In this document: positions 12,680 through 23,700 of the stretch, in pieces
Numbering within the stretch: position 1 is the first letter of the stretch
Layout: every line of letters begins with the position of its first letter
Source of the DNA: Malacoraja senta
Lineage: Eukaryota
Reading direction: 5' to 3'
NCBI GenBank assembly: GCA_038087875.1
Contig: CM075981.1
Span: 67,022,001 to 67,086,000, forward strand
DNA length: 64,000 nucleotides
The notes under the pieces: model-generated
Databases searched by the model: none
Told to the model about the DNA's origin: nothing
The model's input: the letters and a program-made list of their open reading frames with translations, nothing else
Translations under genes and position numbers: made by a program

Positions 12680-12734
12680 GTAGGGGCAGCGTCTCCGCGG
12701 CTCCCTCCTCGTCCCTCCCCCTGTAACCTGAGTC

Positions 12735-12880
12735 AGGTCATAAGTAATAGGAGCAGAATTAAACCATTCGGCCCATCAAGTCTACTCCGTCATTCAATCA
12801 TGGCTGATCTATCTCTTCCCCCTATCCCCATTCTCCTGCCCTCACCCCATAACCCCTGACACCCGTACTAATCAAGAAAA
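12735..12880 (-). mobile_element. CR1-type LINE 3' tail fragment
   Basis: Matches copies at ~26590-26850, ~38130-38470 and, inverted, ~55826-56010. Confidence 0.75.
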
Positions 12881-13245
12881 ATCCGTACTAATCAGGATGC
12901 AGGAGAAGCGATGCCGGGACTCTGTGGGGTGATAACGACCACATCCTCTGTCCCCCCCCCCCCCCCCCCCCCAGTGAAAACAAATCGTTTTGGCTGTGAT
13001 TGTTAAAAATGTACTTAATTTTATTTTAAATACACGTTTAACAAATGTATTTATTTAACAGTGAATATTATTTAGTAGGTAAAAAGTACTATATTTAACA
13101 AATAATATATTTGAGACAGGAGTTGTTGGGATCTGCAGTAAAAAATCGAGGAACTCAGTGGGTCAAGCACAATCTGTGAAGGGAAATGGGCAGCTGATGT
13201 TTCGGTTGAGACCCTGCACCACTACTTAGAGTGTAAATGGGAGAT

Positions 13246-14269
13246 AGGGGGGTTGCACGTAAGATCACTGGGTCATAGGGCTCCACGCACGGAGCCGCTC
13301 AATCCATCTGGAGGACATCCGTAACTTCCGGTATATGTTATTAATGCTAGAAACGCGTACTTTCCTGCCTGTTAAAAACCGCCAAAATGTTGAATTTTTT
13401 CGCTGTAAAAAACTGTGGCAGTTGGGGTAAGTGTGAGAGACATGTACCCAACTTCAGAATTCCAAAAGTGAAGCGAAATGAAGGTAAAGAGAAGCGAGAG
13501 CTGAAGGGACAACAACAGCTAAAGTGCTTGGCGAACATTGGCGGTGCAGATATCGGAATTGAAAATATTGGGAATTATCGCGTTTGCTCACTGCATTTCA
13601 TCAACAATAAGGCATTATTTGGGTTTTTTTCTTGATTCCTTTGGTATCTAAAAAGTCTCAGAAGTGATAAATCTGGCTGTAATTTTTGCTTCAGAGGCGT
13701 TTTCGTTTTGTATGTAAAATCCCACTTGAGAACCAAAGGCCAAAGGACATTTATTGTCACATACACCAAATGGTGTAGTGAAATTTGTCTTGCCATGCAG
13801 CACAACTTAGACACAACATTAAAGAAATTTAACATAAAACATAAAAACATCCCATGGGCGATTTTAAAATTTTACAGCCAGATTTATCCCTTCTGAAACT
13901 TTTTAGATGCCAAAGGAATCAAGAAAAAACACAAATAATGCCTTAGTTGATGAAATGCAGTGAGCAAGCTGCCAATGTTCGACAAGCACTTTGGCTGTTG
14001 TTGTCCCTTCAGCTCTCGCTTCTATCTACCATCATTTCTCCTCACTTTTTGAATTCTGAAGTAGGATAAATGTCTCTCACACTTATCCCGATTTCCATAA
14101 TTATTTACAGCGCAAAAATTGACAATTTCGGCGGGTTTTAACGGGCCCGCTACGCTGGAAACAATGGTAAGTGTAAGCTTACCTGCACTTCATCGCGTGT
14201 AATCCATTTGGCGTAGCGTAGCAACAGTACGGGTCATGGGTCGTGACCCGACTGCCGTGAAACCTCCCT
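13246..14269. mobile_element. Non-autonomous foldback DNA transposon, ISL2EU/PIF-Harbinger-like, with degenerate THAP-coding arms
   Basis: Termini AGGGGGGTTGCACG / CGTGAAACCTCCCT, AT on both sides, long inverted arms 13368-13685 and 13867-14145, THAP-like ORF 13387-13635. Confidence 0.8.
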
Positions 14270-14690
14270 ATAGCTAATATAAAGAGGTAAGACGCGGGAG
14301 TGGGGTGATCCATGAGTGATAGATTAATCCAGTTGAGGAGGGGTTGATGGGCAGATAGAGACAGGTTAGGGAAGGAAGGGTGGAGATGGTGACGAAACTG
14401 GAAGGTGAGAGGTGGAAATAATAAAAGGTTACAGATTATGATACTTTTTGATTGTCATTTACATTTGTTTTCTGACAATGCTTTACATTTTGAGGGATCC
14501 ACATCTAACATTGACCATCTGGTAGTGATGTTAATCAACCGAAAAGCTAAGAGTTTATTTTTGATTTTCCAGTAATTCAGCATTTCTTTTGCTTACATTG
14601 TCTCTGTAACTTTGTATTTCTTGTTGACAGACTTGGGCAACCCCTTCAATTCACAATAATAACGAAGGGCGAGACACGTAATCAGTCGTG

Positions 14691-14745
14691 ATGAACCGAC
14701 CAAAAGCTGTAGCAATTCGGCGGCCCAGCAGTGCCAAGCCCAGCG
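14691..14745 (+). CDS. INTS1: INTS1 exon 2 (first coding exon; exon starts at 14631)
   Basis: Acceptor ttgacag|14631; ATG at 14691, MNRPKAVAIRRPSSAKPS(G); donor G|GTGAGT. Confidence 0.93.
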
Positions 14746-17700
14746 GTGAGTGAGACCTCCTTCACAAGGTGTAGCTTTGTTTTTCACCCAAAATAAAATT
14801 CTCCAGCATAGTTATGTTGAGCTGTAAAGAGTGCACCATTGTTTTGTGGTTTTACAAATATATGAATTATCAGCATGCCCCTGATTTGTAGATTTTATTC
14901 TTCTTCACTCCGTGATCTTTCCTGATGTTATCTTAGAAAATCTACATTTTAAATGGTGACATTTCCTTGTTCAGTTTCTGCTATTTAATGAGATCATAGG
15001 AATTATAACGTTAACTCAGTCTTCATACCCACCCATAATAATCTTTCAGCTCGCATTGCTATCAGGTATAAACCTCTGCCATAAAAAATATTCAATGCTT
15101 CGGCTTCACATTGACAAGGAGAGTTCAAAGACTCGTGACCTTTATGAGAGAAATAATTTTGCCTCGTTGTTGTCTTAAGTGGGTGACCTCTTTACTTTAA
15201 CATGGTAATCATAATTCTAGATTCTCCAATGAAAGGAAACGTTCAGCTTATCAAGACCCCTCAAAACTTAGAAGTTTTAACATCTAGTTCTGATATTAGC
15301 TATCGACATTCAATTTAGGTTCATGTTGTTCGTTCTTCCAAAGTATGAAGTGAGAGAGAAGATAGCATTTGCACTAACTTGAACCATGGGAATTTACACT
15401 TTAACAGTTTGTTTCAAATGCGACTCCAATTGGGGAACAATCAATCATTTAGAACATGGTTGATCTTAACTCTTCAGTTTGTATATCCTCACCTGACGAT
15501 GATCCATCGATCCCACTTTTGAAAGAGAATGCAGATGCAAAATTTTGATCGGTCCAAAGTCTCGAAAATATAATATCGCAGGATATCTTGTTATCCTGTC
15601 ATAGTGAAACCCGATTTCACTACTCTGCACTCCATAGTCATTCATGATACCATTCACATAAAGCTGATCTTAAGTGGTCAGCTTTCTTGTTATTATTATA
15701 CTCTGCTATTATTGCACGTTACTATTACTGACACTTTGCAATCCTTTGATCAATCTTAATGTTTAGTTTTGTGTATCTTTTCAGGCCATCCTCCACCTGG
15801 AGACTTTATAGCGCTGGGCTCGAAGAGTCAGGCCTCTGACACTAAGGCGCCTGCAGCACTCCTGAAGCCAACGCAGGCAGGACTGCAGTCTGATCGGAAA
15901 CGAGAGGGAGCATCAGGATTAGCCTCAACCTCTGGCCTTTCAAAGCGTCCAAAGATCTCTTCCACTCCGCCACTGAGTGCACTGGGGCGCCTGGCAGAGG
16001 CTGCGGTCGCTGAGAAACGAGCTATATCTCCTTCAATTAAGGAGCCTTCTGTTGTACCAATTGAAGGTATGAGTTGCAGGATGTTGTCTTTTCAATTGTC
16101 CACCTCTGTCAACTTGACCTAATGCCTGGTGTTTTGATCTGATCTGCTGTTGATCTGCTCTCTGATCTGCTGTTGTTTCTTCTCACAATTTAAACAATTT
16201 AACTCAATCCTTCAAAATTAAACAGAATATAATTTTTCATAACCTCCAGATATTTGCCAGCTTTACGACCTGTTTTGTCTAATTAGGTCACTGTTGTAAT
16301 TAATGTTGGAAGCATGGCAGCCAATCGGAACACAATTAATAATTATCCAACAAATATGGAAATACGCGTAGGACCTCCTCAGCTTACAAATACCTTACTT
16401 AAGTAGAGCTTGTACATATAAACAAGCATTTGGGAGACCGGTGGGATGGATTTGCACACTGCTGTGGAGCTACAGGTGACTGTTTTTAACACCAGCTCAA
16501 ATTGTCCCACCTTGAACCCAAGAAGAATACATGTTGACATGTTGATGTCCATTTTGTGAATCCTACCTAGAGACACGCAGTCTAGGCTTGCAGCAATGTT
16601 TTTTTTAATACTATGGATAGCATTTAAAACCTCATCTGCAGTAAAATCTTTTGAACGAATATCATTTATTAGCTCGAGATAGGTTTGGGCTAATTTGTTA
16701 ATATCAGCTTTATTATTGAGAATGGCAAAATAATATTTAGCAAGCTTCTCCAGACTATCTATTCCCTGGGACAACCCACCACTGTAGACATCTTCTGCCC
16801 TGTGGAAACTCTGCACATGGCCGACTGACTTGTGTACTGTTCGGGTTAAGACCAATTCTCGGGATCAGTAGGGTTCTGACCCGAAACGTCACCTTTTCTC
16901 CAGAGATGCTGCCTGACCAGCTGAGTTAGTCCAGCATTTGTGGTTCACCACAGCTGCTTCAGAGCACATTAAAAGGCTTTTGAAGTAGTCACTGTTAGAA
17001 CCTAGATGCACAGCAGCCAAATGTGTTCAGTGGGGTTGCCACAGATAATAAAACACTAATAATTTAATCCATTTTACTACTGTTTGAAGGATAGATACTG
17101 GGGACACCACTTCTGCTCTTCTTCGAAGTGGTTCCAAGGATCCTTAATGGCCACCTGACAGGACAGACAGGGCCTTGGTTTATGATCTGGTTCAAAAGAT
17201 AGCCTCTTTGACAGTGACTGTGCTGGCGTGCAAGTATTTGTGCCCGTTTACTGTGACTGCACTGAATGTACATTGTGGAATGCTTATAATACACAACCAA
17301 TATTGATAACTTAGATTTAAAAAAAGTTTAGAAATTTACAGTAACCAATTAATCTGCCAACCTGCATGTCTTTGGGATGTGGGAGAAAATCGCTGCACCC
17401 GATTCACAGGGACAATGTGCAAACTCTTCACAGTGAGCATCAGAAATCAGAAGGTAACCCTTTTCCTGGATCTAGGAGGCAGTAGCTGCACAGCTGTACT
17501 GACCATGGTAGACATAGTCTTGGACGTGTAACCGTGAAGTACTATTCTATCACTCTGGCTAAAAGGTATTGTAACTTAATGGCACATTTACTGCAGAGGC
17601 CGATAAAAGCTTTGACTTTAATAGTGATAGTGAACATTGATAAAAGAGGCTTAATTGTTGCCATTTGACAGGATATTTCTAGGGTTTTCTGTTATAGGTG

Positions 17701-20700
17701 ATTTTTATGTTTTTTGTTTTGCACAGTTCCCCCAGCAGCATTGCTGGACGAGATTGAGGCTGCAGAACAAGAAGGAAATGATGACTGCATTGAAGGGCTG
17801 CTTTGCGGAGCAGTGAAACAGATGAAGCTCAATCGGGTGAAGCCAGATACAATGCTCTTTCTCAGCCTGATGTATCTAGCCAAAATCAAACCCAACGTCT
17901 TTGCAACAGAGGGTGTTATTGAGGTGAGGTTTGGTATAGATTACATGGGAGGAAGGAAGGAATGGCTGCAAAGTAGGACCTCAACTGGAATATTCTGGAC
18001 AATAATGGGCAGCTTGATTCAGGAAAGAAAGGCCTTAGAAAGGGTGCTGACAATATCTACTTGAATGTTACTGGGCATGGTTACTTCATTTATGATAAAC
18101 AACCTTCAGGTTCAGCCTATCACTTCTGGTTCGTGTATTGTGGGCAAGGTGAAAGAGCTGCTCCTGCTTCATTATACAGGTCTTTAAAGAAAAGTTCAGT
18201 TTACTTCATACCTCTATCTTAGAAAATATCTACACAGCAGTTAAAAGAAGTTTGCAACTTTAAATATTTCTTACTCTTGAGTCATCCTGAAGGGCTTTAC
18301 GGACATTTTTTTTGTTTTAAATGTATTTGTTAACTATTACCATGGATTTTTTTACATGCATCTGGAAGTGTAGATAGGACCTTGACTGAACATTTCATCT
18401 GAAACACTGCATGTCCCTTAATATTGCACCACATTACAGTGAAGAAGCCAATATAGATTGTCTTTGACGTAGGGTGTGAATCCCAGATCTTTTGACTGAG
18501 CCAAGACTGGAAACTGAGCAAATCTTTCACCTTCTTGACCTGCACAATGAATTTGGCAACTGTCATCAAAACTATTTTTATATAATGCTTTAAGGGGAAG
18601 CGTACAAACTATTCCTTGGTGAGTGAAGCAGACATGTTTGGTAGGATTAAATGAAGTAGGAGTTGAGAAGGCTCGCCTTGAGGGTTAACACCAGCATGGA
18701 TCACTTGCGCACATGGGTTCCTGCTTTGTACATTTTAAAATTTAATTAGATGTTTGAGCTCTTGCTAGTCCATCATGGTGGAACTGAGGGAAAAGAATCG
18801 TAAGCAAATCATGCAGGGATTGATGTGTTATTTTAATGTCTTTGTATTAGGCCCTTTGCAGTTTGCTTCGACGAGATGCTGCTATTAATTTCAAAACGAA
18901 AGGCAACAGTTTGGTTTCAGTGCTCACTTGTAATCTCCTCATGGCAGCCTACGAGGAAGATGAGAACTGGCCTGAAATCTTTGTCAAGGTATGGACAATT
19001 TGTTCATCAATTAACCACTGTTTTTGCTTTTTCGACACAGTTCTATGTCTTTTATTGTTTTATGTTCCATTCTTGTGAGTTCTGTGAGCTTTTTAATCAA
19101 CTGCTTTCTGGCTGGCAGTCTTGGTTAAAACAGGACTACACTGTGTGTTAGTTTAATGCAGAGTCCGGGTTATGGACAAACTTTTTTTTGTTTCCGTATT
19201 GGTACAATTTTGGGAGAATCCTGAGCATAATGGTATGCCTCATCACTGTACGATGAATCAAATTACTTTTCAACAACATACTCTAAATGATCAATTCATT
19301 CACCATACTATTGGCCATTTAACAAAAAACATTTCTACACCGCCTCATAGGTCTTGAATGTCTTAAAACACTGCATCCAATAAAATCCTTTCTGCAAGTC
19401 ACAGTTATAATAAAGGATCCTATAGGCAGTTTATGCATGCAGAGCTCCTCATAGATCAGCAATAAAATAAATGGCCTGTTCATCTGTATTCATGATGTTT
19501 GTTGAGAAGTAAAGAATGCTAAGGGCAAAGGAAAGAATTCTGTTCCTATGTCTCAAATAGTGCCATTGGATTTTGACTTCACCCAGTAGGGCAGATGGAG
19601 CCTTATTTAACACCCCATCATAAGACATCACTCCAATAGCACTGTAGCACTCTTGCTTATTAACCATAAGGTAGCCACAAAATGGGGGAGTAACTGAGGA
19701 AGTGTCACCCATTCCTTCTCTCCAGAGATGCTGACTGTCCTGCTGAGTTACTCCAGGATGTTGTGTCTATCTTTGATTTAAACCAGCATCTGCAGTTCTT
19801 TCCTACTGCTTATTAACCATATCGCTTCTTGCAATGCAATGAAACGTTTAGTAATATGTCACTTGTATTATGGTATATCATCCTTGTGTTATATTAATTT
19901 CAATTAGCTGTCTCTTCACTCAAATGGGTTTATAATTGACTCATGAAAGTGGTGATTTGATGAACTACATGAGTTCTTTCACTGCAACCTATTTATTGAA
20001 ATCAACATTACAAACTTCTTCCCTTCAGGTGTATATTGAGGACTCCCTCGGTGAACGTATCTGGGTGGACAGTCACCAATGCAAGACTTTTGTTGAGAAT
20101 ATTCAGACTGCTTTTAACACAAAGGTGTCTCCGAAAAGTATGTTGCTGCAAGCGGATGGAGGCAGGATTGGCAGTGACCTCAGTGCAGGTGAGAATTCCA
20201 GTCCCCTTAAATGCAATTTTCCTGTAAGCTTCAAAATAACACGCATAAACTTCTCATGTTATCAACATTCTTTAGTTAGATATTTTACTTCTGCCTTTGC
20301 ACCATTTGTGGTGCTCTGCTTGCTATTGGCAATTCCATGGGTAATGTTCGGATGTTTCTTTTAAGTGGCTGCTCTTCACACTTGATGGGGTTTACCAGAT
20401 TATCCAATACCATTTTGGGAAGCATATGGAGACAAGAAAATCCTAGATATTCCCCATATCAAAGCCTACATGTTTCCTTTTGGACATCAATGCTCTGGTT
20501 GAGATTGGATATCTAGAGCATTAATTAGAGAATGAGGCAAACTCTGCAGTACAAAGGCACTCCATGCAGTTAGGCTTAGAAATAGACTTATAGTGTAAAA
20601 TCTTAAAAGCACAGATTTTTTTCAGCACATAAATTTCGTAGTCTTGGTTCGTGCTGAGATTTATGTTCCGCACAATTATTTTTTTCCAGCACGTCCTTTA

Positions 20701-23700
20701 TTTCTTTCTCACTATTAAATTAGTTTCCTGAAATGGACCTGTGATATTTCTTCTGGTGAGAAGTTCTTCATTCTCTCTGCTCTCTTGGCAAAAGAATTGC
20801 TACTGAATTGACTGTTAATGATAGCTTTGTAATATGATCTCTAAAGTTGTGCTTTTTATAATTGTTTTTCTTCTGTTGATTCTCTGCAGGCGGGAGCCCA
20901 CATCCATCCACACCAGACGATGACGATAATCAGGCCGAGCTGCTTATTGCAGAAGAGAAAATGAGCCCAGATGTAGAGGCAGGTCAAGTGATGCCAAGGT
21001 GAGAGCCCATTGCATTATTCCAATCACAGGCCATGGACATTTTGGGTAGTCAAGAAGAGGAAACCTAATATTTTAACTGCACTGTAGTATGATATTGAGG
21101 AATATGGTAAGTTGTTTTAATTAAAATAACATAACTTTGGGCCTTTGATAGATACTCATCAATAGTAGGCCATTGCTTTAGAGTTGTGCAGGTGAGGAGT
21201 GTACATGTAGGTATGTTACAATACCTACCTTCAGCGGCGCTGCAATTCTGCCACTGGCAGAATGGGGGGGGGGTTAAAACGCGGGTTTCTCCTACCTTGT
21301 CCTGTATTATATTTCGGACAAGCGTTTGCTGAAAAATCGTTCCTACGGGCGTTTTGTGTATTTTTAATTTTTATTAAATCGACAATGTCAGTGCTGGAGT
21401 TATTTTAAAATCAGCTTCGAAAGCCGTCAACGCCGACAACGGGGACGGATTTCACACACGGGACAGGTAAACGAAAGTAGTTTATTTTTTTGTATAAAAG
21501 TGCTTCTTAAGAAGCCTTTAATTCATATTTTTTAATGCGAAACGGTAATTCTTTTCCCCGAACTAACGGCAGAATTTTTCATGCCGATACGGGGTTAAAT
21601 TCACCGCAAATCAACGTTCCAAATGATCGCGTTCCAGAAAACCTCACTCGCAAGATGATTTAAATGGCCATTAATTTACAGGTATTAAACATGAAATTCC
21701 TTCCATTTGGCCTGTAAATCCATGACAATGAGATTTAAAAATTATGTTATATTGTGAATTCTTGTGTGAATGTTATTTGGACATTTAGGCTATTTAAAAA
21801 TGTTAATCTATTCTTAAGAAATTGATAGATATTTAGATCTAGTAATTGAATTTTGTAATTAGCTACAATTAGGTAACTAACTAATTATATGCTTTAATTT
21901 CATGTCATCTAAGTGAGATTGTTTCATATTTGTTTCAGAATGCTTCAATCTATAATAACTGAAAATTTCTTTCAGTTCTCTTAATTTTTAAGATAGTTAT
22001 GGGCTTTTGACTGTCCTCGATCACAGCTTTTGTGTTAAGTCAATGGAAAAGCAATAGGGAACAAAATGCTAATTTCCGAGTATGAAAATGGCCATAACTT
22101 TTTTAATACTGAAGATATGAAAGTGAATTAGGAGTCAAATTGAACTTCTTTTTATGCTTTATCTGATGTGATAAATTGCAGACTTTATTTTTTTAATCTA
22201 AAAATTTTGTAACATTGCTAGTACATGGGGGGTGGGGGAGGTAGTTGCCGAGAGAAGAGCCCCTTTGGCTATTTTCCCATTTGTGGCCGTTGGATAAGAA
22301 ACTGTAATTCAGATTCAGATTCAGATTCAGATTCAACTTTATTGTCATTGTGCAGTGTACAGTACAGAGACAACGAAATGCAGTTAGCATCTCCCTAGAA
22401 GAGCGACAATCAGATATGCTGAGAGAAAAGTGAAAGTTACCCGATGTTTATGAAGTTATTCTGCAGCAGTTTTAAAAAACAATCTGATTCTTTCTCTAGG
22501 TATGAGGACTTGGCCGAGAGTGTGGAAGATTATGTAATCGACATGCTTCGTGACCAGCTCAACCGGCGACAGCCCATGGATAATGTCTCGCGGAATTTGC
22601 TGCGATTGCTCACTGCCACCTGCGGTTACAAGGAGGTTCGCCTGATGGCTGTTCAACGGCTGGAGATGTGGCTGCAGAACCCAAAGGTGGGACCTCATGA
22701 AGCATCACAAACTAAAGGTCAAGAGGTTGCAGTTGATGTTAAGCTAAAAGGAATTACATTTAACTGGCATTTTAGGACAGGATGAAATGTTCCATCTTCT
22801 GCAATTCCTGATCTTGCACTGGAACCTTTTTTCCTTTACTGAGGATTTTTTTCTAAATATGCTTTGTATATAGTTGATACAACTCCAGATTTGACTTCTA
22901 TACAGCATAAAAAACATCCAGCTTCCCTCCCTGACACTCTGGTGTTTGCAGACCTTCTTTGGTACTCTTTCCCTCTCTTTCCAAACTAGCATCGTCTGTC
23001 TTTCTGTACAAAAGCAACACCTGACCTGCTTTGAGCTTGCAAACAAGCATCCTTTTCTAACCTTGTCTTTACAGTGTTCTTCAACATGTTGTAGTCTTCC
23101 AAATACACTTTTTGTGCAACTCATTTGACTCCACCAGTGAGATTTTTAACCTTGCCACTGTGGCTAGATGACTTGGATCAAAATAAGTAATAACATCCCA
23201 GTGATTCTGCCAAAAGGGTGATGTGCCCTTTCCCATTCTTCCAGATGTAGGCTGGTGATAATTTTCTTCTACCACTGCCCATGATTATTGACTATACTGC
23301 TGCCTCAAAGTTATCTAACTGCATGTCTGACATAGTGCATTGAATGAGAAAAAGTTCCTGCATTGTGAAGAATGAAAGCATGCTTATCGTTCCTATCGTA
23401 ATCTCAGAGGCTAGAGAATAGACTTTTCCTAACTGATCAGAGATATTTGTAACCCTGGTGCCATCTAGGCCAACATGAACATGATGGGTGGAGGGTCATT
23501 TTCTGAATCATAATTGAATAAGCTTCCATATTTTCATCCCCATGATGAACTTTGAATCATACTGTGCCATAGTTAGCTGCCTGTTTCCACCTTATTTGTT
23601 GCCTGAATCCTCACATGTTTCAACTCATCTATTGCGGAAACTCCCATCCAAGTCTTTTCTTTGGACTTGGTTATTGGTGTATTCCTGAATTTTCTTGCCC

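Larger units (their letters stand above)
12415..12720. promoter_or_regulatory. CpG-rich, probably bidirectional promoter (NUDT9/INTS1)
   Basis: CpG-dense; palindromic CRE TGACGTCA 12439-12446, CCAAT box 12475-12479, TGACGTGG 12492-12499, GC-box-like GGGGAGGCGGG ~12539-12549; divergent splice donors on each side. Confidence 0.75.

Noticed and set aside
13387-13635. Functional host THAP gene
   Set aside because: First Cys and the conserved Trp are substituted, the ORF ends right after the domain, and it lies inside a TIR element
23542-23606. Possible C/D box snoRNA (ATGATGA...CTGA)
   Set aside because: No terminal stem or recognisable guide, and it overlaps a repeat
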